Origin: Gemmatimonadota bacterium
GTDB taxonomy: Bacteria; Gemmatimonadota; Gemmatimonadetes; Palauibacterales; Palauibacteraceae
Assembly (NCBI GenBank): GCA_963666735.1
Contig: OY762926.1
Location: 992,001 to 1,056,000, forward strand
Direction: 5' to 3'
Length of the DNA: 64,000 nt
Part shown: piece after piece, positions 52,868 to 62,575 of the stretch
Layout of the letters: each line of letters begins with the position of its first letter
Position numbering within the stretch: position 1 is the stretch's first letter
Position numbers and translations under genes: made by a program
The notes under the pieces: model-generated
The model's input: the letters and a program-made list of their open reading frames with translations, nothing else
The model's database searches: none
What the model was told of the DNA's origin: nothing

Positions 52868-54602
52868 CCTCCCCTCGCGGATCGTCGGGGCCCCGGCCCG
52901 CGAAACCGAAATACGCGGTGAGAAGGAGGGCGGTGGCGCCGCCGAAGGCGAATTTCGCCACGGCGGGGAATCCGGACGGCGAATAGAAGCCCTCCACCAA
53001 TCCCGCGACGACCAGGAGCAGCACCGAACCTCCCACGAGCGAGAGGAAGGCGCGCCCGCGCTCCCTCAGCGCCTCCCGACGCGTGCGCCGTCCGGGAACG
53101 AGGAGTGCCGACCCCAGTCCCAACCCCGCCCCGCCGGCCAGGCAGATGGCGGTGAGTTCCATCACGCCGTGCGGGAAGACGAAGGCGAGAATCACCCCCA
53201 GGACCTCGTTGTTCGCGTACAGCCCGAACGCGGCCCCGAGCAGCACGCCGTTGAAGACGAGGATCAGTACCGTGCCCGCGCCGGCAAGCAACCCGGCGGC
53301 GAACGCGAAGAAGCTCACGCCGATGTTGTTCGTCACCAGGGCGGAGGAGAGAGCCGGCCGCTCGGCGCCGTCGACTTCGATGTAGGAAGCGTTGCTGTCC
53401 CCGCGGGCGGTGTTCTCGGCTCTCGCCAGCATCCCCGCCGGCATGATCGCGCGCGCACGCGCCGGACGATCCCGGACGGCCGCGTACGAGGCCAGCATGG
53501 GACCGAACAGAAGCAGGGCCGCCAGGAGCACCGGCCGGTGATGGCGCCGCACCGCCCGCGGCAGTTCGCGCGCAATCCAGCGGCCGAGGGGGACCGTCGC
53601 CCTTCCTCTCGCGCGATACAGGAGGTTGTGCCCGGCCCCGGCCCACCGTTCCACCGCCTCCAGCAGCCCCGGAGAGGCGCCATAGGTGCGCGCGCGCGCC
53701 AGGTCCGCCGTCACGCCGCGGTACAGGCGCCCGAACGCGCGCACCTCCGCCTCGCTTAACCGATTCAGCCCGCCGGTGCGCCCCTTCTCCACGAGGTCCG
53801 TGTAGGCGGTCCAGGCCTCGCGCCGCTCGCGCGCCATGGCGGCGGCCTGTAGACTCGCCCCGCCCTGGCGCGCGGCGTGCGGGGCCTCTTCCTCGTGCAG
53901 CCGGACGAGGTGCGTATCGGGAGCCGCCTCCGGGTCCATACCGTCCCGGCCCGTCGCCGCTCGCACCGCGTCCCAGACCGAGGCGGCCACGCGGCTCCGG
54001 ACATCCGGCGCCAGCCCGGCCCTGCGCGCCACGTAACCCGCCACCAGCGCGAACTGTTCGACGGAGAGTCGTGGACGCCCCACCCGGCCGGTCGTCGCCG
54101 GCTCGTCCCCGAACATCTCGCCGCCGCCCGTGTCCCGGACGACGATCGTGCCGGCGACCAGGTCTCCGAGGCGCTGCGCCCGGCGGTTGAAGAGGATGGA
54201 CGCGGCCCCGGCCATTCCCGTCGCCGCCGGCTGCAGATCCACGATCCGGATCAGGTTGCGGAGCACCACCCCCTGGAAGGAGAGCGGCTCCCCGCCATCG
54301 TGCAGCACTCGCAGCCCCACCGCGCGTTTCCCGGGCGTGCGCCCGTCCCACACGGCTTCGAAGAAGAGGAAGTACCCCCACACGGCGAAGAAGCCGACGA
54401 TGTAGAGCACGGCCTGTCCGAGCCCGCCCGTGTACCGGAAGACCAGCGCCACGAGCAGCATGGCCACCACGATGATGGCCAGATCGAGCGCGAAGGCCGC
54501 CGCGCGCGACCCGAGATCCGCGAGCTGGTATTCGAGTTTGACGTGCTCCGGCGTCTCCAGCGCGATCCGGCGGTGAAGCCCCGTCCGCGTGTCACGCATC
54601 AT
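52845..54602 (-). CDS. RDD domain + stage II sporulation protein M (SpoIIM)-like membrane fusion protein
   Basis: ETPEHV..LADLGSRAAAFALD, GRTPGKR, QRLGDLVAGT (RDD); LYR..ADLARART, TNNIGV, PHGVMEL, AGLVEGF (SpoIIM). Confidence 0.88.
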   Translation of the reverse strand: MMRDTRTGLHRRIALETPEHVKLEYQLADLGSRAAAFALDLAIIVVAMLLVALVFRYTGGLGQAVLYIVGFFAVWGYFLFFEAVWDGRTPGKRAVGLRVLHDGGEPLSFQGVVLRNLIRIVDLQPAATGMAGAASILFNRRAQRLGDLVAGTIVVRDTGGGEMFGDEPATTGRVGRPRLSVEQFALVAGYVARRAGLAPDVRSRVAASVWDAVRAATGRDGMDPEAAPDTHLVRLHEEEAPHAARQGGASLQAAAMARERREAWTAYTDLVEKGRTGGLNRLSEAEVRAFGRLYRGVTADLARARTYGASPGLLEAVERWAGAGHNLLYRARGRATVPLGRWIARELPRAVRRHHRPVLLAALLLFGPMLASYAAVRDRPARARAIMPAGMLARAENTARGDSNASYIEVDGAERPALSSALVTNNIGVSFFAFAAGLLAGAGTVLILVFNGVLLGAAFGLYANNEVLGVILAFVFPHGVMELTAICLAGGAGLGLGSALLVPGRRTRREALRERGRAFLSLVGGSVLLLVVAGLVEGFYSPSGFPAVAKFAFGGATALLLTAYFGFAGRGPDDPRGEVRAVPAP

Positions 54603-55275
54603 CCACGCTCGACCCGGAAGCCGGAGCGCTTCCGTACTTCTCGAAGAACGCGTCCGTACCGGCGGCGAGCAGCAGCCGGTCCGCGATCGCCGCGATCTCT
54701 TCCGCTTCGCGCCACGCCCGTTCCAGCATCCATAGCTCGCCCTCCAGCGCCCGCCGTTCCTGTTCCTCGTGGAGCGCCATCTCCAACGCGAGCCGCGTAG
54801 GCTTCAGCATGTTCTTCACGTAGCCGGAAACGTCTCGCCCTCCGTAACGACGATCTTCCCCGACCGCATCGGCCAGGTAGCGCTCGGGGTGCCCCTTCGC
54901 CTCGATTTCGGCCACGGCGGCCTGACCGGTCCGACGCATGCCCCCGCGTTCGTTCAGTTTCGGAAGGACCACCGAAGCGACGCGACGAGCAGCGTCCCCG
55001 GCGAAGGACACCGCTCGTTCCCGCTTGCGCATCTCGACGGTGAACCCCGGCGTCTCGTCGGCGGGAAACATGCGGATCGTCCGAATGTCCATCGAACTGA
55101 ACCTCACGACGGCGCCCGGATCCATCGGTACCTCGCCGGCCTCGCGCTCACCGACCGATGTCTTAGCCGCGGTGCCGCCATACGACCAGAGCACGATGGC
55201 CGCAGCGGATGCCAAGGGACGCAGCCGGCAGACTGGCCTGGACGAGAAGGCCGACCGCCGCTGACAGCGGCGCAA
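54592..55275 (-). CDS. Hypothetical protein, possibly a 5'-truncated remnant
   Basis: The C-terminal helical segment ALEMALHEEQERRALEGELWMLERAWREAEEIAAIAD looks protein-like; the N-terminal part and the start are unconvincing. Confidence 0.5.
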   Translation of the reverse strand: MRRCQRRSAFSSRPVCRLRPLASAAAIVLWSYGGTAAKTSVGEREAGEVPMDPGAVVRFSSMDIRTIRMFPADETPGFTVEMRKRERAVSFAGDAARRVASVVLPKLNERGGMRRTGQAAVAEIEAKGHPERYLADAVGEDRRYGGRDVSGYVKNMLKPTRLALEMALHEEQERRALEGELWMLERAWREAEEIAAIADRLLLAAGTDAFFEKYGSAPASGSSVDDA

Positions 55276-55379
55276 GAGCCGCGCACTGCCACATTCTCCG
55301 CCGGAACAGGTCGCCGTAGCGCCAGGCCGCGACCTCTCCGCACGCTGGAACCGCTACGCCGCAGGCGCAAGGGGCGGAA

Positions 55380-56213
55380 TCAGAGGTCCCGGCGGCGGAA
55401 CGAGATGAAGGCGATGCCGACCAGGACCACCGTCCAGGCGGCGGCCGTGACCAGGTGCCAGGCGGGGTCGACCGCGGCGGGCGGCGTTCGACCCGCCGCC
55501 TCGACGGCGGCGGCGTACCGCTCGTAGGCGGGTGCGTCGTAGTTGCGGAACTCGAGGAGCGGGAGGCCGTTCGTAAACGGCAGGTAGTCGAGCCATCCGG
55601 TGTAGTCCGGCAGGAAGCGGCGGACGAGACCGGGCAGCATCCCGGACTCGATCGGGCCGATCCAGAGGAACCACACCGCCAGCGCCGCGCCGGTCTTGCG
55701 GATCGCCAGCGACAGGGCGAAAGCGAGCGCGCCCACGCTCAGAAACGCCAGCCCGAGCCCTCCGGCCGCCTGAAAGACGGCCAGCGGGACGAGCGGCCCC
55801 TCGGCAGCCGCGAAATCGGTCCGAATCAGCGCGAGCACCGTCGGGATCAGCACGTGCACCCCGATGAAGGCGAGCCCCACGATGGGCAGCAGGAGCGACT
55901 TGCCCCAGAACCACTGGGCCTTGGAGAGGCCGTCGATCACGTTCTGCCGGGCGGTTCGCCAGCTGAACTCGATCGCCGACAACAACACGAGCGTGAGAGC
56001 GGCAAAGATCACCAGCATGGCCGTTTCATCCCCGAATACGACGGCCCAGACGTCCGGGAGCCGAAAACCCTCGCTGCGCTCCCAGAACGGCAGGGCGTGG
56101 TTCATCAACGTGAACAACGCGGAGAAACCGAGGGCGATCCAGAAGGCGACCCGCTTCCTCGCCTTGAACCACTCGTTGCGCAGCAGCACGCCGAACGATC
56201 GAGCGCCCTTCAT
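55380..56213 (-). CDS. ABC-2 type transporter permease
   Basis: LLRNEWFKARKR, EFSWRTAR..G.S...KSLL, six TM helices, FRRRDL terminus. Confidence 0.87.
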   Translation of the reverse strand: MKGARSFGVLLRNEWFKARKRVAFWIALGFSALFTLMNHALPFWERSEGFRLPDVWAVVFGDETAMLVIFAALTLVLLSAIEFSWRTARQNVIDGLSKAQWFWGKSLLLPIVGLAFIGVHVLIPTVLALIRTDFAAAEGPLVPLAVFQAAGGLGLAFLSVGALAFALSLAIRKTGAALAVWFLWIGPIESGMLPGLVRRFLPDYTGWLDYLPFTNGLPLLEFRNYDAPAYERYAAAVEAAGRTPPAAVDPAWHLVTAAAWTVVLVGIAFISFRRRDL

Positions 56214-57145
56214 TGGACTTCTCCAAACCCTTCGGGGGTGCCCGTGATCTCCATGAAGGCGTCCTCCAGCGATTGCCGCTCCAGCGACAGGTGCGAGGCG
56301 TAGATCCCCCGCCCGGCAAGAAAGCGGTTCAATTCGGAGAGCGCGTCGCCCCCGATCTGCACCAGGACGCGGCCATCCTCGACCCGCACATGGCCCGCGC
56401 CCTCGAACTCCGCCACGGCCTGCCGGAGCGTCTCCATGTCCCCATCGGCGGCCACCGCGGCCACCGTTCCGGCGGAGGTGAGTTCGTCCACGCTTCCCTC
56501 GCGCACGAGGCGGCCGGTCTCGATGATCGCGACGTGCGTGCAGGTGCGCTCGACCTCGTGCAGCATGTGGCTCGAGAGGAAGATCGTCTTCCCGCGGCTG
56601 GCCAGTTCGCGGATGATGTCGCGGATCTCCCGCTGCCCCGCCGGATCGAGCCCGTTGGCCGGCTCGTCGAGGATGATGAGTTCCGGATCGCCGATCATCG
56701 TGGCCGCGAGGGCGAGCCGCTGCTTCATGCCCAGCGAACACGCCTTGAACTTCGTCTTCCGGCGCGAGGTCAGGCCCACGATTTCGAGTACTTCGGCGAT
56801 GTCCGTCGCGCCGCTTCCCTTCACCCGGGCCACGACCCGGAGGTTGTCCCGGCAACTCAGGTAGGGGTAGAAGTTGGGATATTCGAGCGTGGCGCCGATC
56901 CGCTGGCGCGCGGCGTGCAACTCGGCGGGCGTCTCCCCGCCGAACAGCCGGAAGGCACCGCCGGTCGGGTTGATGATCCCGAGGAGCATCCCGATCGTCG
57001 TCGTCTTGCCGCTTCCGTTCGGCCCCAGGAAACCGTACACCTGCCCCGCCTCCACCTGCACGGAGAGCCGGTCGACCGCGAGCGTTCCGTCGCCCCGCAG
57101 CGCCGTATATCGCTTGGACAGCCCCTCGGTTTCGATAACCGTCAT
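56210..57145 (-). CDS. ABC transporter ATP-binding protein (BcrA-like)
   Basis: GPNGSGKTT, CSLGMKQR, ILDEPANGLDP, SSH. Confidence 0.93.
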   Translation of the reverse strand: MTVIETEGLSKRYTALRGDGTLAVDRLSVQVEAGQVYGFLGPNGSGKTTTIGMLLGIINPTGGAFRLFGGETPAELHAARQRIGATLEYPNFYPYLSCRDNLRVVARVKGSGATDIAEVLEIVGLTSRRKTKFKACSLGMKQRLALAATMIGDPELIILDEPANGLDPAGQREIRDIIRELASRGKTIFLSSHMLHEVERTCTHVAIIETGRLVREGSVDELTSAGTVAAVAADGDMETLRQAVAEFEGAGHVRVEDGRVLVQIGGDALSELNRFLAGRGIYASHLSLERQSLEDAFMEITGTPEGFGEVQ

Positions 57146-57453
57146 GTGACATCCTGTGGCATTCCGCCGGCGGGCTGTGGCGTTCCCCCGCCGGCGCGCT
57201 CTTCCAGTTGCCGTCGGAACAGTTCCGCCTCCGTGAGCTGATCCACGAGCTCGCCCCGTTCCCGGCTCTCGCCTTCAAGCTGTTCGACGCGCTCCGCCAG
57301 CCGGGCGATCGTCTCCCGCTCCCGCTTTCGGGGCCCGAGCGCCTCCACCAGGTCCCGAACAAGCGGACGGAGGGCGAAGTGCGTCGCCATCGCGAGGACC
57401 GGGATGCCGATGGTGAAGAAGATCGCGACGATCGCGATGATCATGTCCTCCAT
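57142..57453 (-). CDS. Small membrane protein with coiled coil
   Basis: One N-terminal TM helix, LAERVEQLE coiled coil; ATGA coupling to the ABC ATPase. Confidence 0.7.
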   Translation of the reverse strand: MEDMIIAIVAIFFTIGIPVLAMATHFALRPLVRDLVEALGPRKRERETIARLAERVEQLEGESRERGELVDQLTEAELFRRQLEERAGGGTPQPAGGMPQDVT

Positions 57454-57569
57454 GTCTCACCCCCGCGCATGCGCTTCATGTGCGCTTCATGCGGCATCAG
57501 AACGGAAGGCATGGCACGGTGGTTTCGCGAGGACGGGACGGCCGGTCCGCCACGGGGCGGGAGGCGGCG

Positions 57570-59633
57570 TTATCGGGGAGGCCGGCGGCCGACGATGCCC
57601 CGGCCCCACACGTTGTTTCCGCGGTTCACGTCGGGCAGCACGCCGTCCGGGTCGATCTGGACGTTGCGCACGAACCCGCCGAGCACCTCCAGCACGTAGG
57701 TGCCGTCCACCTGCCACGCGTCGACCGGCACGTCAAATCGCTGCTCATCCCCGCCCTGGTAGAGGATCCGCGCCTCGAGCGGCATCGGGATGCCTCCACG
57801 ATTCTCGAACACCACGCGGGTTGTGTCCCCCAGACGGGTCACGGAGGCGATCGCCTGGTCGAGAATCGCGTCCTCGTAGATCCAGCCCCTGAAGAACCAG
57901 TCGAGTTCCTGCCCCGACACATCCTCCATCGTGCGGATGAAGTCGGCCGGCTGCGGGTGCTTGTACGCCCAGCGCCGGATGTATTCCCGGAAGCCTTCGT
58001 CGAACACTTCGGGCCCGAGCACCTCCTCGCGCAGGAGGACGAGCACCGCGGCCGGCTTGTTGTACGCGAGAACCCCGATCTCCGCTTCCGGAATGCTGTC
58101 GGCCGGCGTGTACACGGCGTGGCTCGGGGTGCGGGTGTCCGTCGCGATCTGGGTCGGGGACATGAGTTGGCCCAGGATCGGCTCCCCGCCGGCGAATTCG
58201 ATGCCGGAATAGTAGTTGATGAAGGTATTGAAGCCCTCATCCATCCAGGCGTACCGCCGCTCGTCGGACCCCACGATCATCGGGAACCACGTATGTCCGA
58301 TCTCGTGGTCCGTAACGGAGAAGAGGAAGGCGCCGCGGGACCGCCACGAACAGAAGACGATCATGGGGTATTCCATCCCGAGCGCGAGGCCCGCCACGTT
58401 GATGGCGACGGGATACGGATAGCGCAGCCACTGTTCCGAATAATACTGGACGCTGTGGCGGAGATACTCCGTGGAGCGTTCCCAGCCGCTGCTCGCGGGT
58501 CCGCCAATGCTCTCCTCCGGGTAGGCGGACATGATGAGGACGTCCTCCCAGCCGGCGGCGTCCCAGACGAAGCGGTCGGAGGCGGCCCACGCGAAGTCGC
58601 GCACGTTCTCCGCGCGGAAGCGCCAAGTGAGCGGGGCGTCGCCGGGTGGCCGCGTGCGATCCTCCCCGGCTTCATCCGGCGTGATGATGTGGACCGTCTC
58701 CCCGGAGAGGCGCGCCTCCGCGAGCCGCTCGCGCTGCATCGGCGTGAGGACTTCCTCGGGATTGAGGAGTTCTCCCGTAGCGACGACGACGAAGTCCCGC
58801 GGGACGGTCAGCTCGACATCGAAGTCGCCGTATTCGAGATACCACTCGCCCTGCCCCAGGAAGGGGGACTGGTTCCACCCGTTCACGTCGTCGTAGGTGA
58901 AGACGCGGGGGTACCACTGCGCGAGTTGGTAGATGATCCCGCCCCGGATGTCGAGTTGCCCCATGCGGTCGCCGCCCGTCTCCGGGATCTCGAACGCGAA
59001 GTCAATCTCGACCTCGACCCGGCTTCCGCCCGGAGGGAGGGGCTCGCCGAGGAGGATCTCCATCATCGTGTCTTCGGTCCGGTACTCCGGGACCGTCTCC
59101 TCGCCCTCGAAGTCGGCGCGGACCCCCGAGATCACGAAACCGCCGTCCTTGAAGAAGCCGCCGTGGCGAACCTCCCCGTCGAGTTCTTCCGCCCTCAGCG
59201 CCCCGTAGCTGGTTTCGCGGAAGAGGTTCTGGTCGAGCTGAACCCAGAGGCTCGTGAGCGAATCGGGACTGTTGTTCGTATAGGTGATGCGTTCCGTGCC
59301 TTCGATGCGATCATCGACGAGGGCGGCGCGGATGTGGTAGTCGGCCCGCTGTTGCCAATAGGCCTCGCCGGGGGCGCCGGCGGCATCCCGAAACTCGCCG
59401 GGCTCGGGCAGATCGAGGGGTTCAAAGGCGCCGGCCGGATCGAAGATCCGGCGCAGAGAATCGCGGCGCGCGAGTTCGGCCGCCTCCGCCGCCTCCTGTT
59501 CTTCCCGGTCATCTTCCTGCGCCGCCAGCCCGCCGTACGGCGACGGATGCGACAACCGCGGCAGAACCGGCGTGAGCAGCGCGGCCAGCATCACGGCGGA
59601 GAATGTGCGGGCCCACGGGCCAATCACTCTCAT
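57570..59633 (-). CDS. M1 family zinc aminopeptidase (secreted)
   Basis: YWQQRADY, ITYTNNSPD, GMEYP, HEIGHTWFPMIVGSDERRYAWMDEG (HEXXH-18-E), YNKP. Confidence 0.92.
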   Translation of the reverse strand: MRVIGPWARTFSAVMLAALLTPVLPRLSHPSPYGGLAAQEDDREEQEAAEAAELARRDSLRRIFDPAGAFEPLDLPEPGEFRDAAGAPGEAYWQQRADYHIRAALVDDRIEGTERITYTNNSPDSLTSLWVQLDQNLFRETSYGALRAEELDGEVRHGGFFKDGGFVISGVRADFEGEETVPEYRTEDTMMEILLGEPLPPGGSRVEVEIDFAFEIPETGGDRMGQLDIRGGIIYQLAQWYPRVFTYDDVNGWNQSPFLGQGEWYLEYGDFDVELTVPRDFVVVATGELLNPEEVLTPMQRERLAEARLSGETVHIITPDEAGEDRTRPPGDAPLTWRFRAENVRDFAWAASDRFVWDAAGWEDVLIMSAYPEESIGGPASSGWERSTEYLRHSVQYYSEQWLRYPYPVAINVAGLALGMEYPMIVFCSWRSRGAFLFSVTDHEIGHTWFPMIVGSDERRYAWMDEGFNTFINYYSGIEFAGGEPILGQLMSPTQIATDTRTPSHAVYTPADSIPEAEIGVLAYNKPAAVLVLLREEVLGPEVFDEGFREYIRRWAYKHPQPADFIRTMEDVSGQELDWFFRGWIYEDAILDQAIASVTRLGDTTRVVFENRGGIPMPLEARILYQGGDEQRFDVPVDAWQVDGTYVLEVLGGFVRNVQIDPDGVLPDVNRGNNVWGRGIVGRRPPR

Positions 59634-59709
59634 CGAATCTCCCTGTTCAGTGCTGCGTTCATGGCCACGCTCGTCGCCACGCTCGTCGCCACGTTCATCG
59701 CGGTCCTGC

Positions 59710-60292
59710 TCACGCGATTCTCATCGGTTGTCGCCGTCCGTAGGAAAGAGTACGCCAGAGCCACTCCAGGGGTCCGAAGCGGAACCGGGCGAGCCACCAC
59801 GGCGACCACGCCAACTGGAGCGTCCAGACCGCCACGACGATGCCGATACATGCCGCGCTTCCGACGCGCTCGAACAGACCCGGCCCGTGGCCGTGGAAGA
59901 TGAGCGTACACAGCACGCTCTGGGCGATGTAGTTCGTGAACGCCATGCGGCCGACCACCGCCAGACGCGCCCGGGCGCGAGCCAGACGCCCGCTCCGGTC
60001 CAGCAGCATGATCATCCCCGCGTAGCCCAGAAAGACACCGACGGAGCCGATGTGGTTGAAGAGGTGACCCTGGAACTTCGCCTGCTCCACGCGAAGTCGA
60101 CCGCGACCCGTACGCCGCCCCGACCCGGGCGAAGCTCCGGATGTTGACGATGAGGATCCCCAGCGGCGCGAAGCCGCGGAGGGCATCGATCGCGTGGATC
60201 CGCTCGGCCTCGGCCGCCGGAGCGGCGACCCGCGGCGCCGGTCGCGTTTCGGGCAGCGTTTCGCGCAGCGCTGGGGACGGCGTTTCGGACAT
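59710..60292 (-). pseudogene. DUF418/YeiB membrane protein pseudogene (internal deletion plus frameshift)
   Basis: N-terminal ERIHAIDALRGFAPLGILIVNI is in one frame and C-terminal VGRMAFTNYIAQS...FRFGPLEWLWRTLSYG in another. Only about 580 bp remain. Confidence 0.8.
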
Positions 60293-60372
60293 GGCGCCCC
60301 TGTTCGTAATGTTGGACAGGCCATCCGATCCGCGAGCGCGTCACCGCGCCAAGATAACCGAGAGGTGCCGAC

Positions 60373-62553
60373 ATGTCCGGCTTTTCGACCACTGCGTTCC
60401 CGCGCCTTCCCCGCCGAGTGTCCGGATTCCCGGGTCTCGTCCTCGCCGCGAGCCTGCTCTTGCCCCTGTCCGCATGGGCGCAAGCGGACGCCACACCGGC
60501 CGAGGCCGGGTGGACGCCGGCGCTGAGCATGCAGTACCGAGCGGTCTCCGGGACCGCGATCTCCCCCGATGGCTCCCGCGTCGCCTTCGTCGTGCGCGAG
60601 CCGCTGATGGAAGGACCGCAGTCGGAGTATCTGAGTCACATCTGGATGACGGCTGCCGACGGGACGAGGGCCGCGCAGTGGACGCGCGGGGAGGCGTCGG
60701 CGGGGTCGCCGCAGTTTTCGCCCGACGGCGCCTGGTTGAGCTTCACCTCCGGCCGCGACGGAGAGGGCGAGGCGGGCAGCCAGGTGTGGGCATTGCCGAT
60801 GGCGGGCGGTGAGGCGCGGCAGCTCACGAAGGCGGAGGGCTCGGCGGGGGGATACCGCTGGTCGCCCGACGGGACGCGGATCGCCTTCCTCATGCGGGAT
60901 CCGCCGACCGCGGAGGAGAAGAAGGCGCGGGAGGAGAAGCGGGACGTCATCCTCGTGGACCGCGACTACAAGTTCTCGCACCTGTACGCCGTCGCGGTCG
61001 ACCCGGCGTCCGACGAGCCCGCCGTGCCCGTTCGAGTCACCGCCGGAAACTTCCACATTACCGGCTTCAGCTGGGCTCCCGACGGCGGACGGATCGTGTT
61101 CGCACACCAGGCCGACCCCCGCATCAACACGGGGCGCCTGAGCGGAGACCTCTCCACCACGACGGTCCCGGACGCCGCGCAGATCGCCGAAATCCTGGCC
61201 GCGCGAGGTGCCGGCGGAGATGGCGACGAAGACCCGGCCGAAGGCGCGGACGCCTCCCCGGCCGCGGCCGGGGAGGTCGCGCTGCTCGTCGGCGGGGCGG
61301 GGATCGAACGGAGCCCGCATTGGTCGCCGGACGGCGCCTGGATCGCCTACGTGTCGACCGGCGACCAGCCGGAGCCGATCGGACTGGGCGACGTGTACGT
61401 CATGCCGGCCGCGGGAGGCGAGGCGCGCCGACTGGACACGCCGAACCGGAGCGCGTCCGTGCTGGGCTGGTCGGGTGACTCCTCCGAGTTGCTGCTCCTC
61501 GAATCGCTCGGCACGCGCCGGCACGTGCTGGCCGTTCCGACCGACGGCGGGGAGATGCGCTTCATCTCATATGGCGACGGCGTGGTCGGGTCCGTCGCGC
61601 TCAGCAGCGACGCGAGCCGCATGGCCTTCACCTGGCAGACGACCGAAGAACCGTGGGACGTCTTCGTCTCGCCCACGAACGGGTACGCGCCGACGCGGGT
61701 CACGGACCTTCATGCCGCCGTGCCGCAGCCTGATATGGGACGGACGCAACTCGTCTCCTGGACCTCCACCGAAGGGTTCGAAATCGAGGGCCTTCTCACC
61801 TATCCCGTCGGCTACGAGGAAGGGGAGCGCGTGCCCCTGGTCCTGAACGTGCACGGCGGGCCGGCGGGCGTGTACAGCCAGAGCTTCACGGGCAGCCCCG
61901 CCGCGTACATGCTGCAGTACTTCGCCCAGGAGGGCTTCGCGATCCTCCGCCCGAATCCCCGCGGCTCCACCGGCTACGGGAAGGACTTCCGCTACGCCAA
62001 CTTCCAGGACTGGGGCTACGGCGACTTCCGCGACCTCATGTCGGGCGTGGACCACGCGATCGAGATGGGAGTGGCGGACCCGGACCGTCTCCTCCTCATG
62101 GGCTGGAGCTACGGCGGTTATATGACCTCGTGGGCCGTCACGCAGACGGACCGCTTCGTGGCGGCGAGCATGGGGGCCGGACTCCCGAACCTGATCTCGA
62201 TGACGACGACGACGGACATCCAGGACTACCTCGTCGGACATATGGGCGTCGAGTTCTGGGAGGACTACGAACGCTACGAGCGGCACTCGGCCATGTACCA
62301 CATCGCGAATGTCGTGACGCCGACGCAGGTGATTCACGGAGCCCAGGACCTGCGCGTCCCGTTCACGCAGGGACAGGAGTTCTACCGCGCCCTCGACCGC
62401 CGCGGCGTGCCGACGGAGATGGTCGTGTACCCGCGGACGCCGCACGGGCCGCGCGAGCCCAAGTTCGTGATGGATGTGTCGGAACGGATCCTGACCTGGT
62501 TCCGGAAGCACCTGGGACCGGAAGCCGTGGCGGCCGAGGACGAGAGCCGCTGA
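60373..62553 (+). CDS. S9 family peptidase (acylaminoacyl/dipeptidyl peptidase-like)
   Basis: Signal peptide, SPDG propeller repeats, VHGGP, NPRGSTGYG, GWSYGG, HGAQDLRVP, PHG. Confidence 0.92.
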   Translation: MSGFSTTAFPRLPRRVSGFPGLVLAASLLLPLSAWAQADATPAEAGWTPALSMQYRAVSGTAISPDGSRVAFVVREPLMEGPQSEYLSHIWMTAADGTRAAQWTRGEASAGSPQFSPDGAWLSFTSGRDGEGEAGSQVWALPMAGGEARQLTKAEGSAGGYRWSPDGTRIAFLMRDPPTAEEKKAREEKRDVILVDRDYKFSHLYAVAVDPASDEPAVPVRVTAGNFHITGFSWAPDGGRIVFAHQADPRINTGRLSGDLSTTTVPDAAQIAEILAARGAGGDGDEDPAEGADASPAAAGEVALLVGGAGIERSPHWSPDGAWIAYVSTGDQPEPIGLGDVYVMPAAGGEARRLDTPNRSASVLGWSGDSSELLLLESLGTRRHVLAVPTDGGEMRFISYGDGVVGSVALSSDASRMAFTWQTTEEPWDVFVSPTNGYAPTRVTDLHAAVPQPDMGRTQLVSWTSTEGFEIEGLLTYPVGYEEGERVPLVLNVHGGPAGVYSQSFTGSPAAYMLQYFAQEGFAILRPNPRGSTGYGKDFRYANFQDWGYGDFRDLMSGVDHAIEMGVADPDRLLLMGWSYGGYMTSWAVTQTDRFVAASMGAGLPNLISMTTTTDIQDYLVGHMGVEFWEDYERYERHSAMYHIANVVTPTQVIHGAQDLRVPFTQGQEFYRALDRRGVPTEMVVYPRTPHGPREPKFVMDVSERILTWFRKHLGPEAVAAEDESR

Positions 62554-62575
62554 ACGCCGGGGCGGCGCCCCCTCC

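Noticed and set aside
52845..54602. Sporulation function from the SpoIIM-like domain
   Set aside because: The domain is widespread in non-sporulating bacteria within the MoxR module.
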